The position numbers were made by a program, and so were the translations under genes. A DNA stretch of 64,000 bases from Candidatus Omnitrophota bacterium (GTDB lineage Bacteria; Omnitrophota; Omnitrophia; Omnitrophales; Aquincolibacteriaceae): NCBI GenBank assembly GCA_030698625.1, contig JAUYMS010000048.1, positions 218,404 to 282,403 on the forward strand, written 5' to 3'. Of the stretch, positions 20,152 through 32,490 are shown piece after piece. The notes beneath the pieces are model-generated. The model searched no databases, was not told where the DNA came from, and saw only the letters and a list, made by a program, of their open reading frames with translations. The stretch's first letter is position 1; each line of letters begins with the position of its first letter.

Positions 20152-21042
20152 GTGAAATCTGTTCGCCGAATTTGGAATCGAATCGTCGAGTTTGTCATCG
20201 AGAAGGCCATTTTTCTCGCTGGCATTCTGTCAATTGTCTTTGTCGTTCTTATCTTTGTCTTCCTCTTGAAGGAAGGGCTTTCCCTCTTTAAGGAATACTC
20301 GCCGCTCGCCTTTCTGTTCGGAACCAAGTGGTATCCTATTTCACACCCGCCTAGTTTTGGCATCGTACCGCTCCTGCTCGGGTCGGTCGTGGTGACCCTC
20401 GGCTCAATTGTTATTGCAGTTCCGTTAGGAGTGGGGGCAGCGATTTATGTCGGCGAGGTGGCACCCGTCTGGCTCCGCGAAATTCTTAAAGCAACCGTTG
20501 AGTTCCTCGCGGCTATCCCGAGTATTGTCCTGGGCTTCATTGGTTTGGTGACGCTCGTTCCGTTGGTGAAGCAAGTTTTTCATTTGCAGACGGGGCTGAC
20601 GGCGATTTCGGGTTCGATCATGCTCGCTTTCATGGCCATGCCTACGATCGTCAGCATGATGGAAGATGCTTTGCGTGCCGTCCCAAGCAGTTATCGCTAT
20701 GGCGCGATTGCCCTTGGTGCGACGCGGTGGCAGACCATTTGGCGGGTGATGTTGCCGGCAGCCTCTTCAGGCATGTTGGCTGCTGTCATGTTGGGGATCG
20801 GGCGCGTGATCGGTGAAACCATGGCCGTGATGATGATCACCGGCAATGCCGCGGGCATTCCGACCAGTCTGATGCAGCCCGTGCGGACCATGACGGCCAC
20901 CATTGCCGCCGAGATGGGGGAAGCCGTTCAGGGCAGCGACCACTATTTCTCACTTTTCGCGATAGGTATTGTACTGTTTATTATCACGTTTGCGATTAAT
21001 CTGACGGCCGCCTTCTTCATTAATCGCAGGAGCAAGGCATGA
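20152..21042 (+). CDS. pstC: Phosphate ABC transporter permease
   Basis: LAAIPSIVLG, ALGATRWQT, GRVIGETMAV; start uncertain (GTG 20152). Confidence 0.92.
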   Translation: MKSVRRIWNRIVEFVIEKAIFLAGILSIVFVVLIFVFLLKEGLSLFKEYSPLAFLFGTKWYPISHPPSFGIVPLLLGSVVVTLGSIVIAVPLGVGAAIYVGEVAPVWLREILKATVEFLAAIPSIVLGFIGLVTLVPLVKQVFHLQTGLTAISGSIMLAFMAMPTIVSMMEDALRAVPSSYRYGAIALGATRWQTIWRVMLPAASSGMLAAVMLGIGRVIGETMAVMMITGNAAGIPTSLMQPVRTMTATIAAEMGEAVQGSDHYFSLFAIGIVLFIITFAINLTAAFFINRRSKA

Positions 21043-21890
21043 AGTTAGACGCAAGGCTTACTGAAAAGGTCGTGTTTTTTCTCTTGCTGCTGGCCACTCT
21101 GGTCATTGTTGTCCCGGTTTTCCTTATCGCGGGTCTTATCGTGAAGAATGGCTTCGCGGCTTTGAGTTGGGAGTTTTTGACACAGAGCCCCAGATTGGGA
21201 ATGCGCGCCGGGGGTATTTTTCCCGCTATTGTCGGAACGATGTATCTGGTGTTTGGTACGGCTGTCTTTGCTCTTCCTGCAGGGATCTTTGCGGCTGTGT
21301 ATCTGTGTGAATATGCCAAGGAAAGTCGGCTGACGCGGATCATTGACGTCGCCATTGTAAATCTTGCCGGTGTGCCGTCGGTTGTTTATGGACTCTTTGG
21401 GCTGGGTCTTTTCGTTGTTTTCTTGAAGTTCGGAACCTCTATTCTTTCCGGTTCGCTGACGCTGGCGATCATGAGCCTGCCGGTCATTGTTACGGCCTCA
21501 CGGGAGGCTCTCAATTCCGTACCACAGTCTTTTCGAGAGGTCAGTCTGGCGCTCGGCGCCACTCGTTGGCAAACGATAAGCCGGGTCGTTTTGCCGAATG
21601 CACTGCCGGGAATCATTACGGGGGCAATTCTGGCCATCAGTCGCGCGGCGGGGGAGACGGCGCCGATTCTTTTTACGGTAGCAGCGTTTTATTTACCGCG
21701 TCTGCCGCAGACTCTTTTTGATCAATGTATGGCGCTGCCCTACCACCTTTACGTCATCTCAACACAAGTCCCGAATCTTAAGCCGCATATACAGTATGGA
21801 ACGACGTTGGTCCTTATCCTTATGATCTTAATCATGAACCTTACGGCTGTGTTTATCCGGGCCCATTTCCGCAAGAAAAAGCAATGGTAG
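21039..21890 (+). CDS. pstA: Phosphate ABC transporter permease
   Basis: LAGVPSVVYGLFG, ALGATRWQT, RAAGETAP. Confidence 0.93.
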   Translation: MKLDARLTEKVVFFLLLLATLVIVVPVFLIAGLIVKNGFAALSWEFLTQSPRLGMRAGGIFPAIVGTMYLVFGTAVFALPAGIFAAVYLCEYAKESRLTRIIDVAIVNLAGVPSVVYGLFGLGLFVVFLKFGTSILSGSLTLAIMSLPVIVTASREALNSVPQSFREVSLALGATRWQTISRVVLPNALPGIITGAILAISRAAGETAPILFTVAAFYLPRLPQTLFDQCMALPYHLYVISTQVPNLKPHIQYGTTLVLILMILIMNLTAVFIRAHFRKKKQW

Positions 21891-22651
21891 ACGAAACATC
21901 CAAAGACAAGCTTGTTGTGAAAGATCTGAACGTCAGATACGGCACCAAAGAGGTGCTGCGGCAGATCAGTTTTGCCGTTCGCTCTAATGAGATTTTGGGA
22001 ATCATTGGGCCTGCTAACAGCGGCAAGACTTCACTTCTGCGAACGCTTAATCGCCTAAATGATAATGACGCGGCGTTCAGTATGAGTGGGACAGTCACGC
22101 TAGACGGTCAAGATATTTACAAGAAGATGGCCCCGCATACTTTACGGCGGAAGATGGGAATCATCTTTGCGCTTCCTACTCCGTTACCGCTTTCGATCTA
22201 TGAAAACATTGCCTATGGTCCTAAACTACACGGGACGCGCAACAAGACTGCTCTCAATGAGATCATAGAGCGAACATTGCGCGCGTCATTTTTGTGGGAT
22301 GAAGTGAAGGATCGCTTAGACATGCCTGCGATGAAACTTTCAGGCGGACAACAGCAGCGGCTTTGCATCGCAAGGACACTCGCCGTCGAACCCGAAATTA
22401 TTCTTTATGACGAACCATGCTCCGGATTGGATCCGATTTCAACGGCAAAGGTTGAAGAGGCAATGACGTTGTTGACGAAGCAATTTACGCAGATTCTTGT
22501 TACCAATAACACCAAACAGGCGGCACGCGTTAGTGACCGAACCGCTTTTTTCCTGACGGGCGAGCTCGTTGAAATCGACGAGACCCAAAGGATTTTTACC
22601 GTTCCGTGCGACCAGCGGACAGAGGATTATGTCTCCGGCAGATTCGGTTGA
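21884..22651 (+). CDS. pstB: Phosphate ABC ATPase, copy 1 (degenerate Walker A, Q-loop and H-loop)
   Basis: [40 protein letters not shown]. Confidence 0.9.
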   Translation: MVDETSKDKLVVKDLNVRYGTKEVLRQISFAVRSNEILGIIGPANSGKTSLLRTLNRLNDNDAAFSMSGTVTLDGQDIYKKMAPHTLRRKMGIIFALPTPLPLSIYENIAYGPKLHGTRNKTALNEIIERTLRASFLWDEVKDRLDMPAMKLSGGQQQRLCIARTLAVEPEIILYDEPCSGLDPISTAKVEEAMTLLTKQFTQILVTNNTKQAARVSDRTAFFLTGELVEIDETQRIFTVPCDQRTEDYVSGRFG

Positions 22652-23405
22652 TCAGCCCATTATTCGCGTCGAAGACTTCGACCTTTTCTATGGCGGTTTT
22701 CAAGCCTTGCTCAAGGTTAATATGTCTATTCGGCCCAGGCAGGTGACGGCGATTATCGGCCCGTCCGGATGCGGCAAATCTACGCTCTTGAGATCTATTA
22801 ACCGTATGAATGATCTTGCCGGTGAGGTGACGACGCGAGGCCAGATTATTATCGACAAACAGCCGATTTACGGCAAAGGCATCAATATGGTCGATTTAAG
22901 AAAACGTGTCGGCATGGTTTTTCAGCGCCCGAATCCGTTTCCTTTGTCAATCTTTGAGAACGTGGCATTCGGACCGCGCCTTCATTTAGGGCTGTCCAAG
23001 ACGGCTCTTCGGGAGGTTGTGGAGAAAAGTCTGACAGGTGTCGGACTTTGGGAAGAGATGAAAGACCGGCTGTATGCTCCGGCCCTTTCGTTGACGGGAG
23101 AAGAGCAGCAGCGCCTCTGCATTGCCCGTCTTATTGCGGTGAGTCCGGAGGTCCTGCTTATGGATGAACCCTGTTCGGCGCTGGATCCGATTGCTACGGA
23201 TCATATAGAAGAGTTGATTCGCGAACTCAAATCGCAATATACTATTGTCATCGTGACACACAACATGGCCCAAGCGGCGCGCGTGAGTGATGAAACGGCC
23301 TATTTCTATCTCGGCGAACTCATCGAGATGGGCCAGACCGAAAAAATCTTCACACGGCCTCAGAAGCGCGCGACAGAAGATTACATCACGGGTCGCTTTG
23401 GGTAA
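22629..23405 (+). CDS. pstB: Phosphate ABC ATPase, copy 2 (degenerate signature motif)
   Basis: [49 protein letters not shown]. Confidence 0.93.
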   Translation: MSPADSVDQPIIRVEDFDLFYGGFQALLKVNMSIRPRQVTAIIGPSGCGKSTLLRSINRMNDLAGEVTTRGQIIIDKQPIYGKGINMVDLRKRVGMVFQRPNPFPLSIFENVAFGPRLHLGLSKTALREVVEKSLTGVGLWEEMKDRLYAPALSLTGEEQQRLCIARLIAVSPEVLLMDEPCSALDPIATDHIEELIRELKSQYTIVIVTHNMAQAARVSDETAYFYLGELIEMGQTEKIFTRPQKRATEDYITGRFG

Positions 23406-23419
23406 GTCGAGGAACTACA

Positions 23420-24085
23420 ATGAAACGTCATTTAGATCAAGAATTAAAGAAACTTAAGGAAAAGCTTTTTCGCATGGGCTTGCTGGTTCGGGAGGCTATT
23501 GACGAAGCCACGGCGGCGCTCTTTCAGAGAGACGCGGAGAAGGCCCGCCAAGTGATCAAGAAAGATCAGGAGATCAATCTCTGCGAAATCGAGATTGACG
23601 AGTTCGGTCATGAGTTGATCGCGCTTTATCAGCCGGCAGCCGTGGATCTGCGGCTGATTACGATGACCCTTAAAATCACTAACGACTTGGAGCGTATCGG
23701 AGACCAGGCCGTCAACCTGGCAGAAATTGCCCTCGTGGCGCGCGCGTGGCCGCTCAAGCCGTATGAAAATCTTGTCAAAATGGCAGAGCTCACGGTTAAA
23801 ATGATGCGGGATGCCCTGGACGCTTTCATGCAGCAAGACCATCGTAAGGCAAAGGATATTCTGGAGGGAGACGATGCCATCGATCACCTCAATGACGAGG
23901 TGTTTGAGCAGGTTCAAAACAGCCTCGAAAAGGAGCCTGAGAATATTCGTGCAGGCGTCAGTCTTATGCTGGCGTCACACAACTTGGAGCGCATCGCTGA
24001 CCTCGCCACGAATATTGCTGAAGATGTGATCTATCTGAAGCGAGGCGTGGATATCCGCCACCATATTCGACAGCGCCGCGAATAG
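23420..24085 (+). CDS. phoU: Phosphate signalling protein PhoU
   Basis: QPAAVDLR, DLERIGD, LERIADLATNIAE repeats. Confidence 0.95.
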   Translation: MKRHLDQELKKLKEKLFRMGLLVREAIDEATAALFQRDAEKARQVIKKDQEINLCEIEIDEFGHELIALYQPAAVDLRLITMTLKITNDLERIGDQAVNLAEIALVARAWPLKPYENLVKMAELTVKMMRDALDAFMQQDHRKAKDILEGDDAIDHLNDEVFEQVQNSLEKEPENIRAGVSLMLASHNLERIADLATNIAEDVIYLKRGVDIRHHIRQRRE

Positions 24086-24086
24086 T

Positions 24087-25415
24087 ATGAAAATCGTCAT
24101 GATCGGTATTGGGGAAATAGGTTACTACTTGGCGCAGGTGTTACTCAGCGAGGCGCACGAAGTCGTTTTGGTCGAGAAAGACGATGCCGTCTACCGCAAC
24201 GCGCAGGAGCATCTGGACGCAAAGATCGTCAAAGGCGACGGCTCTAATGCATTGCTGCTCGAACCCCTCATTGATGAAAAAACGGATCTCTTTGTCGCTG
24301 TTACCGACAGCGATGCTGTTAATATCATTTCGGTCCTCATCGCCCGCAAGTTTGGAGCTAAAAGGGCAATTGCGCGCATTTATGATCCCACCAATCTTAT
24401 CCACCCGCTCCTGACCGACGATCCTAAAGTGTCTGTCATCAATGCGGAAATGATTGTCGCTCGCGATCTGGCTCGCCTTGTCGGGAATCCCTCCGCCGAA
24501 GAAGTGGAAGTTTTCGCTCAAGGCAAGGCCGAAATGGTCAAATTCCAAATCGGTGAAGAAGCGAAAGTGTTAAACCAGAAACTCAGTGAAATCAAAATTC
24601 CTTCCGCGTGGATTTTTATTGCCCGGATTCGGGGAGGCGAATTTCAGATTGTTTCCGGTGAAACATCCTTCCAAGCGGGGGATCAGGTGATCCTGATGGG
24701 AGATCCGCACAAGCGCAAGGAGATCGAAGCGCTTCTGGGGTTACATCAGGAAAAAGTAAAACGGGTCATCTTGATCGGGTTTAACGCTATCTCTTCAAAA
24801 CTCGCGGTTACGCTGCGCAGCCGCGATATCGATGTTCGCTTCATTGAGGCGAATAAGGAAATCGCGGAACGGGCATCGGCGGAAATGGACGGTATCCTGG
24901 TTTTTCAAGGGGACGCAACCAGTGACGAGATTTTGGAACAAGCCGGGCTGGATGAATCCGTGAATGTGTTGGCTCTCTCCAACGATGACGAAACCAACAT
25001 CCTAATCTCGCTTCTCGCAAAGGAAAAGAAGGTTCGGCGCGTGGTGGCCCTGGCACAAAAGCCGCAATACAAACCGATTATTGAAAAAATCGGTATTGAC
25101 GCGGTTGTCAATCCGCGTTCCGCGATGGTTGATGAAATGATTAGATGTATCCATCACGAAGATCTCTCCGGAATCAGTATTCTCGAAGGAGGGATGGGTC
25201 GGATGATCGAATTCGTTGTGAAGGAAAAGACCAAGTTTGTGGACACCGCGCTTTCCCAGCTAAAATGGCCGAAGGGTATTTTGGTTGGTGCGATTGTACG
25301 CGGCGATCAGTTGATTATACCGAGAGGTGACGACCGCATCCATATCGGCGACCATCTCTTAATCTTTACGACTCGCTCAGCCCTCTCCCACGTCAAACGC
25401 CTTTTCGCGAATTAG
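24087..25415 (+). CDS. trkA: Trk potassium uptake regulatory subunit (two RCK modules)
   Basis: GIGEIG Rossmann motif, tandem RCK_N/RCK_C, IIPRGD. Confidence 0.92.
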   Translation: MKIVMIGIGEIGYYLAQVLLSEAHEVVLVEKDDAVYRNAQEHLDAKIVKGDGSNALLLEPLIDEKTDLFVAVTDSDAVNIISVLIARKFGAKRAIARIYDPTNLIHPLLTDDPKVSVINAEMIVARDLARLVGNPSAEEVEVFAQGKAEMVKFQIGEEAKVLNQKLSEIKIPSAWIFIARIRGGEFQIVSGETSFQAGDQVILMGDPHKRKEIEALLGLHQEKVKRVILIGFNAISSKLAVTLRSRDIDVRFIEANKEIAERASAEMDGILVFQGDATSDEILEQAGLDESVNVLALSNDDETNILISLLAKEKKVRRVVALAQKPQYKPIIEKIGIDAVVNPRSAMVDEMIRCIHHEDLSGISILEGGMGRMIEFVVKEKTKFVDTALSQLKWPKGILVGAIVRGDQLIIPRGDDRIHIGDHLLIFTTRSALSHVKRLFAN

Positions 25416-25417
25416 GC

Positions 25418-26866
25418 ATGAATTTCGCCGCCATATTCTATCTTCTCGGCAAGCTGCTTATGATCATGGGTGCGCTTGTCCTGCTGCCTGCAGGAGTGGC
25501 TTGGTATTACGGTGAGTTGGTACCGCTTCAGCATTTTGTCATGACGGCTGCCGTGGCGGGGTTCCTAGGACTTTTCGCGATGATTCTTTGCCGCGGGTCC
25601 AGAGATGAAAGTTTGCGGGTGCGCGATGGTTTTCTGCTCGTAACACTTGCCTGGGTCCTTGTGTCACTTATCGGGGCCATTCCTTTTTTTCAATCCGAGC
25701 ACTTTCCTCTATTCATCGACGCGCTGTTCGAAGCCACTTCGGGTTTCACGACGACCGGGGCGAGTGTGCTCTCTGACGTTGAGGTCCTGTCACGGAGCCT
25801 CTTGTTCTGGCGGAGTTTCACCCACTGGATCGGGGGTATGGGGATCATTGTCCTGGTCATTGCCATCCTGCCGCAGCTTTCCGTCGGCGGCATGCAGCTC
25901 ATCAAGAACGAAATGCCGGGCCCGACGTTTGAACAGCTGAAGCCGCGCATTCAGCAGACGGCACTTAGCTTGTGGAGAATCTATCTCCTTTTTTCAATCG
26001 CGGAAATTATCTGCCTCTGGGTGGCCGGAATGTCTTTTTTCGACAGTGTCTGCCACATGTTCGGAACGATGGGCACCGGAGGTTTCTCGACGCGCAATGC
26101 GAGCATCGGGGCGTATTCGACGACCATACAAATGATCATTACGTTTTTTATGTTTCTCGCAGGCACTAATTTTGTGCTTCACTATACGAACCTGACGGGT
26201 AACCTCAAGAAGATGTTCCTGGATGCAGAGTGGCGTTTTTATGTCTCCCTGCTTGTCGTTTTTGCCGCGGTTATCTGCGTCGATCTTACTGTGCAGGGGA
26301 ATCTGCCTGTCTTGGAGTCGCTCAGGTTTTCGATTTTTCAGGTTACCTCAATCACTACGACGACGGGTTATGCCACCACGGATTTTGATACTTGGCCGTA
26401 TCTTTCCAAAGGAGTTCTGTTTCTCCTCATGTTTGTGGGCGGTTGTGCGGGATCGACGAGCGGTGGGTTGAAGCAGATGCGATTACTTCTGTTGTTTAAG
26501 AGAGCGAAACAATCCATCGTACAGCACATTTTTCCGAAGGCCGTTGTCACCGTCAAAGTGAATCAAAGGGCAGTTCCGGAAAGCGTTCTTTACGGTGTCA
26601 GTAGCTTTTTCCTGATTTACATCGTGATCTTTTCTTTTTGTACCCTCCCGCTGCTGGCTTTCAATATCGACTTTATTACAGCGACATCCGCAGTGGTGGC
26701 CTGCCTGAGCAATATCGGACCGGGTTTTGGCCTTGTGGGCGCTACCCAGAACTATGCCTTCTTCCCCTGGCTTATCAAGCTGCTCCTCTGTGCCTGCATG
26801 ATTATCGGACGCCTTGAAATATTCACCGTATTGGTCCTATTTTTTCCCGCAACATGGCGTAAATAA
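25418..26866 (+). CDS. trkH: Trk potassium uptake membrane subunit
   Basis: SGFTTTG, GTGGFS, TTTGY, GGCAGSTSGG, SNIGPG, GRLE. Confidence 0.95.
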   Translation: MNFAAIFYLLGKLLMIMGALVLLPAGVAWYYGELVPLQHFVMTAAVAGFLGLFAMILCRGSRDESLRVRDGFLLVTLAWVLVSLIGAIPFFQSEHFPLFIDALFEATSGFTTTGASVLSDVEVLSRSLLFWRSFTHWIGGMGIIVLVIAILPQLSVGGMQLIKNEMPGPTFEQLKPRIQQTALSLWRIYLLFSIAEIICLWVAGMSFFDSVCHMFGTMGTGGFSTRNASIGAYSTTIQMIITFFMFLAGTNFVLHYTNLTGNLKKMFLDAEWRFYVSLLVVFAAVICVDLTVQGNLPVLESLRFSIFQVTSITTTTGYATTDFDTWPYLSKGVLFLLMFVGGCAGSTSGGLKQMRLLLLFKRAKQSIVQHIFPKAVVTVKVNQRAVPESVLYGVSSFFLIYIVIFSFCTLPLLAFNIDFITATSAVVACLSNIGPGFGLVGATQNYAFFPWLIKLLLCACMIIGRLEIFTVLVLFFPATWRK

Positions 26867-26892
26867 AAGACTTACGCTGAAATATCCCTGTC

Positions 26893-26921
26893 TGGACAAA
26901 CCTAGGCCGCTGATGTACTAT
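26893..26921 (+). promoter_or_regulatory. Putative sigma70 promoter of the thiC operon
   Basis: TGGACA-N17-TACTAT (an overlapping TATAAT follows). Confidence 0.5.
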
Positions 26922-26951
26922 AATCGTCTTTGATTCTGTACTCATCCGTAA

Positions 26952-29342
<2,391 letters not shown>

Positions 29343-29346
<4 letters not shown>

Positions 29347-30404
29347 TCCCCCGCAAGAAAACACGCCAGGTGACCATCGGGGGTGTTAGCGTGGGGGGCG
29401 ATGCCCCGGTGCGCATTCAGTCGATGACAACGACGCACACACGCGACGTCGAGGCTACCGTCGATCAGATCCAGCAGCTTGCCGAACTCGGATGTGAGCT
29501 CGTGCGTGTGGCATGTCCCACCGAGGAAGACGCCCGCGCGCTCGGTCAAATCAAATCAAGAATCAAAATCCCCCTTATTGCGGATATCCATTTTAATTAT
29601 CGTCTTGCCCTCATTGCCTTGGACGAAGGCATTGATAAATTGCGCCTGAATCCCGGTAATATCGGTAAGAAGGAGCGAGTCGTGGAAGTGGTTGAAAAAG
29701 CCAAGTCGCGAGCCGTGCCGATTCGCATCGGCGTCAACGGAGGTTCGCTTGAAAAAGACCTCATGGAGAAATACGGTCCGACTGCCGAGGCGTTGGTTGA
29801 AAGTGCCCGCCGTCACGTTGCGATTCTCGAAGAACTGAATTTTGAGGACATTATCATATCCCTCAAGGCTTCGGATGTTCCGACGATGATCGCCGCCTAT
29901 CGGCTTGCCAGTGAGACTTTTCCTTACCCGCTGCATCTCGGGGTCACGGAGGCAGGCACGTTGCTTCGCGGCAGCATTTATAGTGCCATCGGAATCGGTA
30001 CTTTGCTGCAGGAAGGTATCGGCGACACGATTCGCGTGTCGCTAACGGCGGAGTCCGTTGAAGAAATCAAAGTTGCCAAGATGATTCTCGAGGCACTCGA
30101 ATTGAGACGCGGAGTGCGCGTCATTTCCTGTCCGAGTTGCGGCCGCGCGGAAGTGGATGTTTTCAAGCTTGCCGAAGAGATTGAGGGTCGGGCCATGAAG
30201 CTCAAGGAACCGATGACCATTTCCGTTCTGGGCTGTGTCGTGAACGGGCCGGGAGAAGCTCACGAGTCTGATTTTGGAGTTACCGGCGGTAAAGAGAAAG
30301 GTATGATCTATGTCGACGGAAAGCAACATCGGGTCGTTGATGAAGACAAACTGGTCGATAGTTTATTTGAAGAGATTAAGAACAAGAGGCCGTCCGCAGT
30401 ATGA
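29343..30404 (+). CDS. ispG: HMBPP synthase
   Basis: IQSMT, ADIHF, RLNPGNI, RIGVNGGSL, LHLGVTEAG, GDTIRVSL, SCPSCGR, GCVVNGPGE. Confidence 0.96.
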
Positions 30405-31495
30405 GCAGTTATTTATCGTCCGGGCCCTTTGCCGACATTTGCGAAAAGGTGCAGGCCGGCGAGCGATTGAGTTTTGATGACGGCCTCAGGCTTTATCGTT
30501 CCAATGACCTCCCCGCATTGGGCACGCTTGCCCAGATCGTTCGTACGCGATTGAATGATAAGCGCGTTTACTTTTCGATTAATCTTCATATTAACCATAC
30601 CAACATCTGTACGGAGCGGTGTCTTTTTTGCGCCTTTGCGCGGAGGCCCGGCGAAGAGGGGGGCTATACCTTTTCCGCTGATGAAATTCAGGATACCGTC
30701 AGGCGGGGGCTTGCAAAATGGCAGATCAATGAAGTCCATATTGTGGGCGGGCATAATCCCGATCTTGGGATGGATTATTACCTGAGGATGATAAGTTTGA
30801 TTCGAGAAGTCAGCCCGTCGCTTTATATCAAGGCACTCACGGCACCCGAGATCAACGATATCTCAAAGCGTTCAGGACTGAGTCCCCGTGAAGTCTTGAC
30901 CGAGCTCAAAGACGCGGGGCTCGATGGCATGCCGGGCGGAGGTGCTGAAATCTTTCATCCGAAAACGCGGAAAAAAATATGTGCCGATAAGATTTCAGCC
31001 GACGTCTGGCTTGAAATTCACGCTATTGCCCACTCCCTAGGTTTACGCACAAACGCCACCATGCTTTACGGTCACATCGAAAGCGATGACGACCGTGTGG
31101 ATCATGTCCTGCGTTTGCGCCAGCTCCAGGATGAGACACGAGGGTTGTACTCTTTCATTCCTTTGGCCTACAATGCCGAAAACACGCCAATGGGCAAGAT
31201 CGGAGAGGCCGGAGGGTATCTCGATTTGAAGGTTTATGCGGTTTCGAGATTGTTGCTCGACAATGTCCCCCACATTAAGGCGCATTGGATCACGACGGGG
31301 CTTAAGTTGGGGCAGATAGCGCTATCTTTCGGAATTGATGATCTTGGGGGAACCAACCTGAACGAAAAGATCGTTCATGATGCCGGTTCCGAGACGCCTG
31401 TTGATTTGAGCCGTGAGGAGATGGAACATCTTATTCGCTCGGCGGGTTACGAACCTTGCCTGGTGGATAGTTCCTATCAGACCGTCGATGCCTAA
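30401..31495 (+). CDS. mqnE: CofH-family radical SAM enzyme, probably aminofutalosine synthase
   Basis: NHTNICTERCLFCAF, MPGGGAEIF, NATMLYGHIE, HIKAHW, EKIVHDAG. Confidence 0.8.
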   Translation: MSSYLSSGPFADICEKVQAGERLSFDDGLRLYRSNDLPALGTLAQIVRTRLNDKRVYFSINLHINHTNICTERCLFCAFARRPGEEGGYTFSADEIQDTVRRGLAKWQINEVHIVGGHNPDLGMDYYLRMISLIREVSPSLYIKALTAPEINDISKRSGLSPREVLTELKDAGLDGMPGGGAEIFHPKTRKKICADKISADVWLEIHAIAHSLGLRTNATMLYGHIESDDDRVDHVLRLRQLQDETRGLYSFIPLAYNAENTPMGKIGEAGGYLDLKVYAVSRLLLDNVPHIKAHWITTGLKLGQIALSFGIDDLGGTNLNEKIVHDAGSETPVDLSREEMEHLIRSAGYEPCLVDSSYQTVDA

Positions 31496-32396
31496 ATTTA
31501 AAACGAACGAAAGCAACCTCGTTAAAATAGCCGTTCAGGGCCGCATTGCAAACGCCGCTCAATACGAGGCGTTTGAACTCTCGCATGACGGGCGGCCGTT
31601 TGCATGCCCGACGGTGGGGGGTATTGTCTACAACGTGAAAACCGGAGACAATACATTTGATTTAGCGGGCGATCATATCGAGCCCGGTGTTTCGGCGGTT
31701 TTGGATGAGAATAAGCGAAATTCCCGCGCTAACATGGGCTTTAATTTTCTGTCTTGCGTGGGCAATAGTGCGCGTATTACCAACGGTGCCGCAAAGGGTG
31801 CGCGTGGCGTGGTGACCGGTCACCACGGAGGCGTTGAACACGTAACGATTGATTTTGATCAGGCAACATTGAATAAGATGGACTTGGATTCTCGTGTACT
31901 CATTGAAGCTTATGGCCAGGGTTTGAAGTTGTCGGATTTTCCGGATGTCAAGGTTTACAGCCTGGATCCGGCCTTGCTCAAAAAGTTGCCGATCCGGGGT
32001 GCGCGCGGAGGCAAGCTTGAAATCGGAGTTACTACGATCGTTCCTGCTGAGCTCATGGGATCCGGAATGGGGCACAACAATATCGGTACAGGGGATTGTG
32101 ACATCATGACGCATGACGCTGATACGGTTCGCCGCCTGAAGCTCGATCAAATCTGCCTGGGCGATTTTGTTGCCGTGATGGATCATGATCATTCCTACGG
32201 CCGCACCTTTCGAAAGGGCGCAGTGACGGTGGGTGTCATTATTCACTCCAACAGCGAATTGGCGGGTCACGGGCCCGGCCTGACCACACTCTTCACTTCT
32301 TCTAAAGGAGCTATACGCCCCGTTTTGAATCCTAAAGCCAATCTGGCCCGTATTTTGGGCATTGGCCGCTACCGTCAGAAGGGCCGCCGGGGCTGA
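31488..32396 (+). CDS. DUF4438-like conserved hypothetical protein
   Basis: PTVGGIVYNV, GDHIEPGVS, SCVGN, VTGHHGG, MGSG, HSNSELAGHGPG recalled as DUF4438 motifs; start ATG 31488. Confidence 0.7.
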   Translation: MPKFKTNESNLVKIAVQGRIANAAQYEAFELSHDGRPFACPTVGGIVYNVKTGDNTFDLAGDHIEPGVSAVLDENKRNSRANMGFNFLSCVGNSARITNGAAKGARGVVTGHHGGVEHVTIDFDQATLNKMDLDSRVLIEAYGQGLKLSDFPDVKVYSLDPALLKKLPIRGARGGKLEIGVTTIVPAELMGSGMGHNNIGTGDCDIMTHDADTVRRLKLDQICLGDFVAVMDHDHSYGRTFRKGAVTVGVIIHSNSELAGHGPGLTTLFTSSKGAIRPVLNPKANLARILGIGRYRQKGRRG

Positions 32397-32490
32397 AAAG
32401 AGCAGCCTGCTTTGGCAGGGCGGCATTCCATCGTGTATAATAATCATCAGAACCACCACGCAACCACTTAACCAAACGGTATTACTTTCC

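Noticed and set aside
26876-26906. GCTGAAATATCCCTGTCTGGACAAACCTAG loosely resembles the TPP riboswitch core upstream of thiC
   Set aside because: Lacks CUGAGA, the P1-P3 stems and the GCGNAGGGA end, and overlaps the predicted -35 box, so it would not be in that transcript
31662-32459. Long antisense ORFs (265 aa here; also 39388..40188, 17664..18374, 11523..12137, 40256..40906)
   Set aside because: They lie opposite well-supported genes and show no recognisable motifs; expected shadows at this GC content
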